A stretch of DNA of 64,000 bases. Origin: Heteronotia binoei (taxonomy: Eukaryota). Positions 1 to 12,790 of this stretch are shown here, piece by piece. The translations under genes were made by a program, and so were the position numbers. Position 1 is the stretch's first letter. Every line of letters starts with the position of its first letter. The notes beneath the pieces were generated by a model. It did no database searches. It was not told the origin of the DNA and saw only the letters and a program-made list of their open reading frames with translations. The stretch lies in assembly GCF_032191835.1 (NCBI RefSeq), contig NC_083226.1:21762001-21826000 (forward strand), read 5' to 3'.

Positions 1-1065
1 TGTATTATTACCTCATTTGACCAAAGGTCTTAAGCATACCATCGCTACATCTCAAGAATACAAAACAAATGTACGTCATGGTGCAGCAACATTCAGAACA
101 GTGAAGCATAGAAGGTCATCACAAAAAATTAGAACAGATTAAACTTGATGGAACTGAAGCTTGTCTATATGAAAATAAACCAGCCTGGCAGCTAGAAAAC
201 TGCAGAGGGAGAGAAAATATGCAGAAGCTCAGAGCCTGATGCAATTTTGCTGCTAATTGATGGACAGCTACAAAATGCCGTGTGGAAAAACCTCTCTCTA
301 TATATTTTTAAAAATCAGACTGTTTTTAAAGATACCCACAAATTGTTGCTATCATGTTAATCTGTACATGAAAGTGAGAAATTATTCCAACCCCCCCCCC
401 TCCAAACTCTCCTGAGCAGTAAGAAGTTCCAGAGGTCTGTTAAGTCCCATTTCCTTCTGATCAGAGAGTACTGGAGACTTTGGATCTTTGTAATTTTTAG
501 TTTATTTACATACATAACTGGAGGCAAACAGGCATGAGGTCTGGAGAGCCATCCATTTGAATCCCCACTAACCATGGAACTCACAAGAATGTCATGGGCC
601 AGTCATACAGGCTAATCTACTTTGTAAGGTTTTTTTGAGGATAAGATGGAGGAAGACAGAACAAGAAGCTCTTCTCTGAGCTCCCTGGAGAAAACATTAA
701 ACTAAAAATTACTAACCAAATATATATAAGTAAATAATGATCCATCTGTAGTCTAACTAATCCCAGATCATTCCAGCTATGACTCATGAAAGCTCATACT
801 TTACCACAAATTTCAGTAGTCTTTAAGGTGCTAGTGGACTTTTGCTCTTTTCTACAAACACGGCTACCCGTCTTGATCTAATTCCAGCTCTTCACCCTCT
901 TCTTTTCCTCTGTCCATTCCCATTTCAAAAGTGCTGCTTTTCTGAGGCACACATGCCCTGAAGACTATGGGGTGGTGATCTGACCTCTCCAGGAGAATTG
1001 TCCATTCGGTGAACTGTCCACAGCCCAGAAGGTAACATCCTCGCCTTACATTCTTTGGGTAGGTT

Positions 1066-2007
1066 TTAAGACTGTGCTCTCAAATGGCATTTTAGATGAT
1101 GCAGCATCTGGACCCATGCCTGTTTCAGTTTGGGATTAATTAATATCAGGATAATGGCATGTCCAGCGGGATACACAGCACTCACATTTTCAAAAAATAT
1201 GGATGTCCAGTCGCGCTGGCGGCTTGTCCAGATCACAAGCGATTGCGAAGTGACTGCTACAAAACTGGACAGGTACAAAATAGCAAAGAACATGAGAGAT
1301 TTGATGGCAGTCAAATGAGCTTGCGTGCTGAGATCCCTGGGGTTGATTCCATTGCATCGCAGATGTCTTATGTGATTCCACAGGGAGGTTATTAACAATA
1401 GAGATGACGACAAAAATATTGTAATAGGAAGGAAATGGGGAGCAGTAGTTAGAATGATGAAGTACTTACAGGACTGAGGTATTTTAATGTCTGTATCGGT
1501 GCAGTTGCTTGGGCATATTTCGTAGGGATTGCAAGTGGACAAGCCATAGTTTGATGCTGTGATAATGATGATGTTCATAAAAGCAGAGAAGACCACTGAG
1601 CCCAGAAGCAGCCATAGGACCAATCCCGAGAATCTTTGCTTCACTCGGAGGAAAACGGGTTGGGAGAAGATGGCAATCTTCACAAAGTACATGACACTGA
1701 GCCAGGCAGCAAACCAAAGGCTCACCATGTTTGTAAAAAGCCACATGGTGATAAACATTAACCGAATGTAATTCTGTATATAGGTGCTCTTAAAAAAGAA
1801 AGTCATGGTTACCTTCATAATCACTATTGCCTGCCACATAAGTCTGGACACTCCAAGACAGCCCAGGATCAAGTCCGTTGGGGACAGTTTCTTGCTTCTG
1901 AACCAGTCAATACAAATGATGAGGACAATAAATCCATTCGTTATCATTCCAATGAGGGTTTCCGTAACAAGAAGTGTGAAGCCAGTTATCAACAATAGGT
2001 AAGCCAT
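1066..2007 (-). CDS. TAS2R: Bitter taste receptor (TAS2R family), intact, 313 aa
   Basis: 7TM ORF with TAS2R motifs NGFI, IDWFRSKKLSPTDLIL..L..SR, LWFAAWLS..Y..KIA, H.R.L..N...D..TQAH.TAIK, P.GHAIILILINPKLK. Start placed at the ATG after the conserved TTCAGAAAG (2005-2007), not the upstream ATG at 2160. Confidence 0.93.
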   Translation of the reverse strand: MAYLLLITGFTLLVTETLIGMITNGFIVLIICIDWFRSKKLSPTDLILGCLGVSRLMWQAIVIMKVTMTFFFKSTYIQNYIRLMFITMWLFTNMVSLWFAAWLSVMYFVKIAIFSQPVFLRVKQRFSGLVLWLLLGSVVFSAFMNIIIITASNYGLSTCNPYEICPSNCTDTDIKIPQSCKYFIILTTAPHFLPITIFLSSSLLLITSLWNHIRHLRCNGINPRDLSTQAHLTAIKSLMFFAILYLSSFVAVTSQSLVIWTSRQRDWTSIFFENVSAVYPAGHAIILILINPKLKQAWVQMLHHLKCHLRAQS

Positions 2008-2200
2008 CTTTCTGAACACAGAAGAATCAGAGTTTCTTCTACCGTGGTGTTCACGCTTCTGCCAATGCTGTCCTTTCAATGATGTTAATGCCACAGACTG
2101 CAACACAACTACCTTCTGGGATTTTTTGTTTAATTTTTTTTTTTTTTTACAGAATATCATCTGGAATGGCTGGAGCTGTTTTCAAGCATTGAGCACAGAA

Positions 2201-2268
2201 ATGCAAATATTGCTAGGAAGGATTGCACTACCAAATCTATAGCCTGATGAGAGATGTCAAATTTGCAT
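2201..2268 (-). promoter_or_regulatory. Paired inverted POU octamers upstream of TAS2R (1066-2007)
   Basis: ATGCAAAT at 2201-2208 and ATTTGCAT at 2261-2268; position conserved across paralogs. Function inferred. Confidence 0.6.
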
Positions 2269-2277
2269 AGTCTACCG

Positions 2278-2379
2278 ATCTTTGTATCTGAGTTCAGAAG
2301 GGGTGATGTGGTGCGGTATGTATGTACACAATCTTTGTATCTGAGTTCAGAAGGGGTGATGTGGTGCGGTATGTATGTA
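2278..2379. repeat. 53-bp tandem duplication (2 copies)
   Basis: ATCTTTGTATCTGAGTTCAGAAGGGGTGATGTGGTGCGGTATGTATGTA at 2278 and 2331. Confidence 0.9.
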
Positions 2380-2694
2380 GGATCTGTTGATTTAAAACTA
2401 ATATTTGCCAAATTCCATCGGAAAGGCCTTTCTATCCATTTGTCTAAAGGACTCCCTGACTTTGCGAGGAAAGTTGTTTTGATTAGTTGGATACTCGAAA
2501 CAGAACATTAAATTTTGCATAAATGAATGGAGTGTCGTCCACACATGAAGAGCAGGGCAAACAGAAGGGGAACTTTACCATAAAAAAAGCATTGGTTCTT
2601 CAATATCAGTATAGTTCATTCTGTCTGGCAGCAACCATCATCTCAGGTCTTTCACATCACCACTTCAATGAGGCTTGTATTAGGAGAGCATCTT

Positions 2695-3335
2695 AAGAAC
2701 ATAAGAACATAAGAGAAGCCATGTTAGATCAGGCCAATGGCCCATCCAGTCCAACATTCTGTGTCACACAGCGGCCAAATATATATATACACACACACAC
2801 ACACACACTGTGGCTAATAGCCACTGATGGACCTCTGCTCCATATTTTTATCTAAACCCCTCTTGAAGTTGGCTATACTTGTGGCCGCCACCACCTCCTG
2901 TGGCAGTGAATTCCACATGTTAATCACCCTTTGGGTGAAGAAGTACTTCCTTTTATCCGTTTTAACCTGTCTGCTCAGCAATTTCATCGAATGCCCACGA
3001 GTTCTTGTATTGTGAGAAAGGGAGAAAAGTACTTCTTTCTTTACTTTCTCCATCCCATGCATTATCTTGTAAACCTCTATCATGTCACCCCTCAGTCGAC
3101 GTTTCTCCAAGCTAAAGAGCCCCAAGCGTTTTAACCTTTCTTCATAGGGAAGGTGTTCCAGCCCTTTAATCATCCTACTTGCCCTTTTCTCCAATGCTAT
3201 AATATCCTTTTTGAGGTGTGGTGACCAGAACTGCACACAGTACTCCAAATGAGACCGCACCATCGATTTATACAGGGGCATTATGATACTGGCTGATTTG
3301 TTTTCAATTCCCTTCCTAATAATTCCCAGCATGGC
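2695..3335 (-). mobile_element. CR1 LINE 3' fragment (RT C-terminus + 3' tail)
   Basis: ORF 2814-3332 ...LEYCVQFWSPHLKKDI...ERLKRLGLFSLEKRRLRGD..., typical of CR1; (AAGAACAT)n tail; near-identical to 46812-47485. Confidence 0.92.
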
Positions 3336-3385
3336 TTGTGGGGTTATGCTCCAAGAGTCCTCTCACTATGATGCTTTGGGAGGTT

Positions 3386-4303
3386 TTAAGATGATGCTTC
3401 ACTCGGATGGCATTTTAAGTGACGTAGCGTCTGCATCCATGTCAGTTTCAGCTTGGGACTAATTATTATCAGGATAATGGCATGTCCAGAGGGATATAGG
3501 ACACCCACAATTCCTAAAAGTATAGATATCCAATTCTGCTCATACTTTCTCCTGGCCAATGTGGACCTCAAAGTGACCGCAACAAAACTGGAGAGGTACA
3601 GTATAGCGAAGGAAACCAGAGCTTTGATGGCAGTCAGGTGAACTTGTGTGCTGAGATCCTTGATGCCAGTTCCATTGTGTTGTACTTGTCTTATGTGCTT
3701 CCAAAGAGAGCTTATTAGGAAGACAGACGATAACAAAAATATCACAATTGGAATGAAGTTGGGGGCAGTAGACACAATAGTGAAGTTAAGGATTTCTGGA
3801 TTGCTGCTGCTGCTGAAAAGGGACTTGTAGGGATTGCAGATGGAGAAGTCAGGTCCCCAGGCTGTGATAACAATAATAGTCACAACAGCAGAGAAGACCA
3901 TCGAGCCCAAAAGCAGCCATGGGACCAGTCCAGAGAATATTTGCTTCATTTGGAGGAAAAAAGGGTGAGAGAAGATGGTGATCTTCACAAAGTACAAAAC
4001 ACTCAGTGAGGCAGCAAACCAAAGGCTCACATTGTTCGTAAAAATCCACATGATGTTGATGATTAACTGCATCTCATTCAGGATGTAGGTTTGCTTAAAA
4101 AAAGAAAACATAGTAGTTGCATTCAAAATAATGACCATCTCCAATAGAACTCTTGACAGCCCGAGGGAGCTCAGGATAAGGTCAGTTGGGGATAATTTTC
4201 TGCTTCTGAACCAGTCCATGTAAATGATGAGGACAATAGATCCATTTGATACCTTTCTGATTAGGGTATTTATAAGCAGAAATCCAAAGTCAAATAGTGG
4301 CAT
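3386..4303 (-). CDS. TAS2R: Bitter taste receptor (TAS2R family), intact, 305 aa
   Basis: Same TAS2R motifs. ATG at 4301-4303 follows TTCAGAAAG. ECL2 is shorter than in paralogs. Confidence 0.9.
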   Translation of the reverse strand: MPLFDFGFLLINTLIRKVSNGSIVLIIYMDWFRSRKLSPTDLILSSLGLSRVLLEMVIILNATTMFSFFKQTYILNEMQLIINIMWIFTNNVSLWFAASLSVLYFVKITIFSHPFFLQMKQIFSGLVPWLLLGSMVFSAVVTIIVITAWGPDFSICNPYKSLFSSSSNPEILNFTIVSTAPNFIPIVIFLLSSVFLISSLWKHIRQVQHNGTGIKDLSTQVHLTAIKALVSFAILYLSSFVAVTLRSTLARRKYEQNWISILLGIVGVLYPSGHAIILIIISPKLKLTWMQTLRHLKCHPSEASS

Positions 4304-4459
4304 CTTTCTGAATGCAGGAGAAACAGTGATATGTCTGCTGTGACGTTTACACTTACTCCAATGCCACCTTTTCAGTGCTATCAAAACCACAGATCACACC
4401 ACTTTGGCCTATTTATGTACAAAAACATCTGGAAAGGCTGGAGCTGTTTTCCGCTGTTG

Positions 4460-4467
4460 ATGCAAAT
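4460..4467 (-). promoter_or_regulatory. POU octamer upstream of TAS2R (3386-4303)
   Basis: ATGCAAAT ~157 bp upstream of ATG. Confidence 0.55.
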
Positions 4468-5541
4468 ATTACCAGAAAGGATTCTGTTACCAGATTTGTA
4501 TCTTGCTCTAACATGTCAGATTTGTGTATTCTACAGAGATGTTAAAAGTGACCTTTGCATCCATCTGCACATACCATTGTGGGATTTGATGGCTTAAAAC
4601 AAATGTTTGCCAAATCCCATCTGTTGCTATTATTTACATGAGTTTGAAAGGTCTCTCTATTGATTAGTCAAGACTGTGTTATGAAAGTTGTTCAAATTAG
4701 TTGATTAGTTGAATAATTAAAGCAGACTGTTGAACGTGCATATAAATAAGTGATGTTTCCACATACTATGGGGGTGGGTGGAGAGAATTTATCATGACTG
4801 GAAACTTTACAAGCAGGGCTTGTAGCCAAATACATTCACAGATGGACTATAGGAGGGGAAATGCATATTCCCTCCCAGCTCCAACTTCATTCCAATGGAT
4901 CCCTAAGTGTTCACTTTCCCAACTGTTCACATTCCCAAGTATTCACATTCCCAAACCATTCAGTAAGGCTTGCATTAGGAGGACATCTTGTGGAACTGTG
5001 CCCCAAGTTTTGTTTTGTTTTTTTGGTCCTTATAGAAGAGAATGTCCTCTCCGTAGGGTCTTTTGGGAGGTTTCAAGATGGTGCTTTCTCACAAATAGGC
5101 AACTTTGTAGCCCTATAATAGCAATTATATTATGACAACGCAATGCCCTTAAAGGGAAACATCCATATACAATTAGAAATACATTTCACCTTGCTGCATA
5201 AAGAGTCTCATTACAAAGATCTTCCGTCATGATGTAAATAAGCCCAATAGAAGAAAAGTCAATTCAAGGGACTGGTTTCAGTTTCAAAAACCTTCATCAG
5301 CCAAGGCTTTAGCTTTGCAGTTTAGTACACCATGGCTTTAAGCCACATAAAGAAAAGATACCTTGCTATTTGAAGCACCAGTCTTTCATATTTAGGACAA
5401 AAGTTCCATTATTTTCTGGGTGGTAATTGCTTCTCCAAGGGCTTTGTTGTTGTCATAATATAATTGCTATTATAGTGCTATGCAGTTTGCTATTTTTTCC
5501 TGTCTATGTGAAACTGTGGTTCTTTATTGCTGTAAGCTTTC

Positions 5542-6446
5542 TCAAAAATGGCATTCTAGGTGATGTAGCATCTGGACCCATGCCTGTTTCAGTTTGGGAT
5601 TAATTAATATCAGGATAATGGCATATCCAGCAGGATACACGGCGCTCACGTTTTCAGCAAGACAAGCTATCCAGTGGCACTCATCGTTTAGCCAGGGCAT
5701 TGCGACTTGTGAAGTGGCTGCTACATAACTGGAGAGGTACAAAACAGCAAAGGAAGCCAGAGCTTTGATGGCAGTGAAATGAACTGTGTGTTGAGATCCG
5801 TGACACCAATTCCGTTGTGCTGCCAATGCCTGAAGTGCTTTGAAAGAGAAATTATTAGGAAGATGGATGATGAGAAAAATAACAAAAGGGGAATGAAACT
5901 AGGGGCAATGGATAGAATAGCAAATGAGCTACAGGAATGGGGCATTTTACATTCTGAAGCATTGCTGTTGCTTGAAAGTGACCTGTAGGGGTGACAGATG
6001 GAGAAGACAGTAATGGTCACAGCAGCGGAGAAGACCACTGAGCCGAGAAGCAGCCATAGAATCAATCCAGAGAATCTGTTCTTCACTTGAAGGAAAACAG
6101 GATGGGAGAAGACGGCGATCTTTACAAAGTACAAAACACTGAGCCTGGCAGTGAACCAAAGGTTCCTAGTGTTCTTAAATAACCACATTGTGCCAAACAT
6201 TAACCATACGTAATTCCGTACATAGGCGCACTTGAAAAAGGAAGTCATAATTGCGTTTAGGAACACTATCACCTGCCACATAAATCTCGTCAGACTGAAA
6301 TAGCACAAGATCAAGTCAGCTGGGGATAATTTCCAGCTTCTGAACCAGTCAATACAAATGAAAAGGACAACAAACCCATTTGCCACCATTCTGACGAGGC
6401 TGTCCAAAACCAGAAGTGCCAAGCCAATTGACAGTAAGCCAGACAT
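5542..6446 (-). pseudogene. TAS2R: TAS2R pseudogene (1-bp deletion near 5785)
   Basis: ORF 5721-6446 gives TM1-ICL3; TM6-TM7 continue in another frame (ORF 5542-5826). ACA CAG TTC here vs ACA CAA GTT in paralogs. Also W>R in AWLS, H>Y in GHAIIL, and a deletion at the TM4/ECL2 boundary. Confidence 0.88.
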
Positions 6447-6616
6447 CTTTCTGAATACAAAAGAAACAGCAATAATTTTGCTGTGACGTCCACACTTTTC
6501 CTAATGCTGTCTTGTCAGTGCTGTGAACACCACACAGCTCAACACTTGGGCCTTCTATTTATGTACAAAAACATCTGGAGAGGTTGGTGTTGGTTTCCAG
6601 TGTCAACCCTGCTGGA

Positions 6617-6687
6617 ATGCAAATACTACTGGAAAGCATTTTGCTTTCCAGTAATATATATCTCGTTCTAATATGTCAGATTTGCAT
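6617..6687 (-). promoter_or_regulatory. Paired POU octamers upstream of the TAS2R pseudogene
   Basis: ATGCAAAT 6617-6624 and ATTTGCAT 6680-6687. Confidence 0.55.
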
Positions 6688-7098
6688 ATTCTACAGAGAT
6701 GTTAAGTGCAGTATTTGCCTCCGTCTTCACAAATGATGGTGCAGTGTTCTTGTGGCATGTGTTTAGCTTAAAATAAATGTCTTGCCAAATTCCATCTGTT
6801 ATTGTTATTTTGGGGGGGGGGGGTTGTAGCAGGAACTCCTTTGCATATTAGGCCACCCCCCCCCCCCCGATGTAGCCAATCCTTCAAGAGCTTACAGGGC
6901 TCTTCTTACAGGGCCTACTAGTAAGTTCTAGGAGAATTAGCTATATCGGGGGGGGGCATGTCTAGCCTTATGCAAAGGAGTTCCTGCTACAAAAAAAGCC
7001 CTGATTTATTTTCATGAGTTTCAAAGGCCTCTGTATTGATTGATTGAGACTTTGCCACGAAAGTTGCTCTAATTAGTTAATTAATTGAACACTTAAAA

Positions 7099-7203
7099 AA
7101 TAGCAGGGCTTGGCCCCCAGGCCCCTGATCATCCTTGTTCTTCTCTGCATCCGCTCCATTCTGTCCACATCCTTTTGGAAGTGTGGCCTTCAGAACTGCA
7201 TGC
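7099..7203 (-). mobile_element. Old CR1 RT fragment
   Basis: Diverged match to the CR1 CVQFW..H...D....E..QRR..RMIRG coding segment. Confidence 0.5.
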
Positions 7204-7884
7204 ATTTATTATAAGTGAGCTGTATGGTAGCATTACAATAACTTTGAAGTCAATAGAGATCCACACAGCTTTCAAGACTAGCCATTTTCTGCTTATCATG
7301 TCAAGGACAGAAGAGGAGTTAAGTGTAACCTGAATTTATACATTTATAATTCTACATTCAGATTGGCCACCCCTGTGCTAAGGTAATACAATGCAGCTGT
7401 TTGGAGTGCTGTCTTTGTCCCTTATCTTTGTCTTGCTGTCTCTCGCTTGCTTTTTCTGCATTTCCCTTTCATCACTTGTGACTGTATTACTTCATAGCGG
7501 GTGCGTGTGTGTGTTTTCCCCATGTGTTTTCTCCCTCTCTTGGTTGATTTGATATTTCATTGTTGTATATCTGGCATATTTCCCTACCATTTAAAACAGC
7601 AGGGAAATATGCTGGACATACAGCAGTGTAAAATCAAATCATCCACTAGAGGCAGCAAAAAGCATGTAGAAAGAGGGGCGGGGAAGAGAGAGACCATGAA
7701 GCAATAGAGATCTGCAAGTGATGAAAAGTCCCCTCTGTCTGTATCTCTCTCTTTTTCTCTTTCACACACTCACAAAAGTACATAAGTACTGGGTATTTTG
7801 TTTTGCATTTGCTTTACATATTGGATATATTGCTGATGGATAACAAATAGTGCCACCCTAAACAGAGTTAAACCCATCTAAGTG

Positions 7885-8660
7885 CATTAAGGTTAATAAT
7901 AATAATAATAATAAACTTTTATTTATACCCCGCCCTCCCCGCCTAGGCAGGCTCAGGGTGGCTAACAGGACATGGTAGAAACCATGATACAAATAAACAA
8001 TAGATAATACAGTTAATAATTTAAAGAATAAAACCAATAAAACAGTAAGACATTAAAATACAGTCGAATGGCATATAAGATGGCTCGGTATTATTGATTT
8101 TATCAAGAGTTGTCTTAAAAAGCTAGCCGGAAGAGGGCAGTTTTGCAGGCCCTACGGAACTGGTTAAGATCCCGTAGGGCCCGCACCTCTTCCGGCAATT
8201 GGTTCCACCATTGGGGGGCCTTTGTAGAGAACACCTGTTCTCTGGTAGCTTTTAATTTAGTTTCTTTTGGCCCAGGGATTTCAAGAAGATTTTTTGAGCT
8301 TGATCGCAGTGCTCTCTGGGGAACGTATGGAGAGAGGCGGTCCCTAAGGTAGGCAGGTCCTCGACCATATAGGGCTTTAAAGGTAATGACCAGCACCTTG
8401 TAACGAATCTGGTAAACAATTGGCAGCCAGTGCAACTCCCGCAGCCCAGGCTGCACATGTTCCCACCGAGGCAGTCCCAGTAGCAGCCTGGCTGCTGCAT
8501 TTTGCACTAGCTGCAGTTTCCGGGTTCGGTACAGGGGCAGCCCCATGTAGAGGGCATTACAGTAGTCCAACCTCGAGGTGACCATTGCATGGATCACTGT
8601 TGCCTGGTCGCCACGCTCCAGGAAGGGGGCCAGCTGCCTTGCCCATTTAAGGTGAAAAAA
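7885..8660 (-). mobile_element. L2 LINE 3' fragment
   Basis: ORF 8115-8597 ...VTSRLDYCNALYMGLP...LQLVQNAAARLL...LHWLPI..., diagnostic of L2; (TAA)n tail at ~7885-7912. Confidence 0.88.
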
Positions 8661-10084
8661 GGCGGGCTTGGCAGTATATACAGCTTAACTCTGCTTAAAA
8701 TTGCACTGGAAGGCATTTATATAATAAAAATCCATGAATATGCCAAAGAGAACATGGTCTATGCTATGCATTGACACATTTTGTGTTGTTAAAGCACAAA
8801 AACGAGGTTGGTAAGGAAGAAAACACTGCTTAAAATTTCCAGAAATTTTACACCTTGATTCATAATGTTTGCCAACATCAATCTCTCTTTGTTTTGTTGG
8901 CATCATTTCTAATAATTTTGGCTAGTGCCTGGCCAAAATTACCTTTGGCAAAGCCAGAATAAGACCTTTTTTTGCAGCAGGAACTCCTTTGCATATCAGG
9001 TCACACACCCCTGATGTAGCTAATCCTCCTGGAGCTTACAGTAGGCCCTGTACTAAGAGCCCTGTAAACTCTTGGAGGATTGGCTACATTAGGGGTGTGT
9101 GGCCTAATGTGCAAGAGTTCCTGGGAATGCTCTGTGACATTTTATAAAACCTCAAGGCAAAAATAGAGTTGGGAAAAGGAATATGAGTCTCTGACTGTCC
9201 ATGCAACATGACTGAATCTGAGCCTCCTGAGACAAGGGTTGGTTTATCAAGGTAGGAGATAAGGTATGGAGATTCCTGGGACACTGACTCAACCCAGCGT
9301 GACCAACAGACCATGCCTATCATGTTCTGCATTTTGACCCCATCAAGCAATCAAAGTCTAGTAAGAAACATACACAGACTCCATAGTTTGAATTAAAACT
9401 TCTTGAGCAGTTTATTGAAAGAAAAAGTTCAAAACTACAAGGAAGCAGAGGAAGAACTTAGGAGAGAAACAGAAGTACCTGAGCACATGGAGATTCAATT
9501 GAATTAGACCTTCAAGTTATGTTTTCTCTCCATCAGTGCCAACCTGTCCATTCTAATCTAAAGCTAAATAAAAAAATTATTCTAAACCTCGACACCCATA
9601 GCTAACAAATCAGAGGCCTCAGTGAAGGTAGCCAATTTTAGCCCTGAAGATTTTGTGGAGGTGTCTGGGGAAGGCAGAGTTTGGGGGAGGGGAGGAAACT
9701 CAGAAGGGATGTGATTCCATAGACTCTACCTTCCAAAGCTGCCATTTTCTCTAGAGAAACCAGTCTCTGCAATCTGGAGATCTATAGGCTGCATATTGGG
9801 AGATATCTGTTGATGGCTTGAATGAAGTTCTTGATGTGGAAGTGGAAAGTTGTTCTTGTTAGTTAGATACTTGATGCAAAGTGTTAAAATTTGTGCATAA
9901 AAATAAAAAGGGAGATCTTACTAGAGTTTACGATGGACTGAAAAAGTTGGTAGGCTTACAAGCAGGCCAATTTCAAATGGACAACTGGAGAGACAATGGT
10001 CCCTCCTTCCCTGGGGTCCTTCCCTGCCCACCTCATACTGCAGATATAGAGGCCCTGTAGAGCACGATGAAGACAGGAATAGCA

Positions 10085-10312
10085 CTGGATGGGTGAGGGG
10101 GAACCAGGTCTTTTTTGTAGCAGAAGAAGGACTTATATCCCACCCTATACTCTCAGAGTGGTCACAATCTCCTCTACCCACCCCCACAACAGACACCCTG
10201 TGAGGTAGGTGGGGCTGAGAGAGCGTTTACATCAGCTGCCCTTTCAAGGACAACTCCTGTGAAAGCTATGGCTGATGCAAGGCCATTCCAGCAGGTGCAA
10301 GTGGAGCTTTGC
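10085..10312 (-). mobile_element. Truncated SINE, same family as 17177
   Basis: rc of the SINE body (CCCCCACAACAGACACCCTGTGAGGTAGGTGGGGCTGAGAGAG...). Confidence 0.65.
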
Positions 10313-12790
10313 ATATTAGGCCACACCCCTTGATGTAGCCAATCCTCCAAGAGTTTACAAGGCTCTTAGTACAGGGCCAACTGTAAGCTCTTGGAGGATT
10401 GGCTACATCAGGGGTGTAAGGCCTAATATGCAAAGGTATCACTGCTACAAAAAAAGCCCTAGGGGTAAAGATGGAACAAACTATCATGTCAAATCACCAT
10501 CCAGGGTAGGCAATGAATCATCTCCCAGCTGAAGGTATGAAGGCCTGGACAAAACAATAGACAGGCAGACAGACAGACAGATCTGTCCCCCAGCCCTCCA
10601 GAGGACATTCTTTCCCCTTTCTAAATGGAAAAATTTGACATTTGGGGACATAGTGATGAAAACTCCTGTAAAAAAAGACTTTCGCTTTGAGAGTGAGGGA
10701 AATTATTTGTAAGGCAAAGTTTTATTCATTTGGAATGTTTAGTATGAAGATTGTTTTTATGTATGACTATAGTATTGGTTAATCATTCCTGCATGAGACA
10801 AAATACGTTCACAACATATTTTCAAGAATGTGTTTATTATTTAAATATTACTAATCTTGTCCACAATTAATATGCTCATAATGTGTAGGATGAGAACATG
10901 CTATTTCAGTGTTTTCAAGTGTTACAAATGTTAATTTGATAGCCAGATGTGCTGCTATTCACTGTGTGACTGTCTAGCCAGATAAAACTCTTTTGTTATG
11001 TAAAAAAGATGCTTTCTGTTTTCAATTTTCATTTTTCCTCATTTCAAATAGCAAAAACTCCAGGTCCAAAGTAAATGTGGTGTCCTGGGGCTGCTAACAT
11101 TATTTTGAAATATTTTAAAAATCCCTCCATGGCTTGACCCCACCTCATGAAGTGACAAAACAGCCACTGTCCTTCAGTGAGTGTTCCAGCATCTGAAAAT
11201 CCATGGGTGCCGGCAGACGGGAGGGACAACAGCACAGCGCTACGGGCATGATCAGGGTAGGCCCCTCCAGACATTTTTAAATTACTTTAAAACAGCGGTG
11301 GCAGGGCTCACTTTGTAGCAGGAGCTTCTTTGCATATTTGGCCACACTCCTCTGGTGTAGCCAATCCTCCAAGAGATTAAAAGACTCTTCTTACAGGACC
11401 TACTGTACATTCTTGGAGGGTTGGCTACATCAGAGGTGTGTAGCCTAATATACAAATGAGCACCTGCTACAAAGTAAGCCCTGGGTGGTGGTGTCCACTT
11501 ATTAATATAGTTAACACATGTCCTTGAGACAAGGGTTGGTTCATCGGGGGATTAAATAAGGAATGGAGATTCCTGGAACACTGACTCAACCCAGCGTGAC
11601 CAAGGGTTATCATGTTGTACATTTTGACCTAATCAAGCAATCAAGTAAGAAAACCATAAAAAAGAAACAGACTCCATAGTTTGGAGTTTACTTCAGCAGG
11701 TTATTGAAAGAGAGTACAAAACTACACAAAAGCAGAAGAAGAACTCAGGAGAGGAACAGAAGTACCTGACTGCATAGAGATTCGATTGAATTGGACCTTC
11801 AGTTGAAGAAGAACTTCAATTGCAGTTATGTTTTCATCTCCATAAATTCCTGCCCATTCTAATCTAAAGATAAATTGCAAAATTATTCTAAGCTTATAAA
11901 GCTTAGACACCCAAAACTACCAATTCAGATGCCTCAGTTCAGGTTGCCACCTCCAGCCTGGGGAATTCCTGGAGATTTTGTGGAGGAGTCTGGGGGAGGC
12001 AGAATTTGGGGGATAAGAGGATACTCAAGAGCAGGGCCTTTTTTGAGCACAGGAACACACAAGAACGCAGTTTCAGCTGACTTGGCATCAGGGGTGTGTG
12101 GCCTAATATGCTAATGAGTTCCTGCTGGGCTTTTCCTACAAGAAAAGCCCTGCTCAAGAGGGATGTGATTCCATAGGACCTACCCTCCAAAGCTGATGTT
12201 TTCTCCAATGGAACCAATTTCTGTAATCTGGAGATCTCCAGGCCGCATTTTGGGACATCTCCATGCCATACACGGAAGTTGTCAACTCAGGACCCTCAGG
12301 AGAAGTCCAGGACTTCAGGATCTCTTCTCACCAGGTACCCTAGCAGCTTCATTGGGCCCTTCCAATCCTCTGGCTTTTCTTAATTTATTTGCTCCAGAGC
12401 TGGGCATAGAATTATTAATTGCATTTTAGTTTTCAGACATCCCTAATGGTTCCCAAAACACTGCCCTCTTTCTCCTTTCATTTTTGTTAGCTTGTTTGTT
12501 TAAAACATTTGTATGCTGCCTTCTACCCTATTAGGGCAGAAAGAGGTCCACAAACATTTTTTTTTAAAAAAAAACTTACATTTTCTCTGAATCAGAGAGA
12601 ACTGGAGGCTTTGGGTGTCCTCATAACATTTATCTACATATAAGCAGAATTCCAGTGGAAGCTTAAAGGCACTGGGTATACTGAGGGAAGGTTCACATCC
12701 CTGCCTGCCATGAAACTGAAGGGAAGATCTTGGATCAGTCAGTCACTAATCTACCTCATAGCATTATTGTGAAGTTAAGATGAAGAAGGG

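Noticed and set aside
780-880. Possible Penelope-like terminal fragment (also 53060-53115)
   Set aside because: Short match recalled from memory only; not enough sequence to assign a family.
5770-5800. Frameshift in the third TAS2R as a sequencing error
   Set aside because: Not in a homopolymer, and accompanied by substitutions at conserved residues and an in-frame deletion, so true pseudogenisation is more likely.
7520-7670. Degenerate hairpin
   Set aside because: Probably an old MITE remnant; too decayed to classify or to support as a structured RNA.
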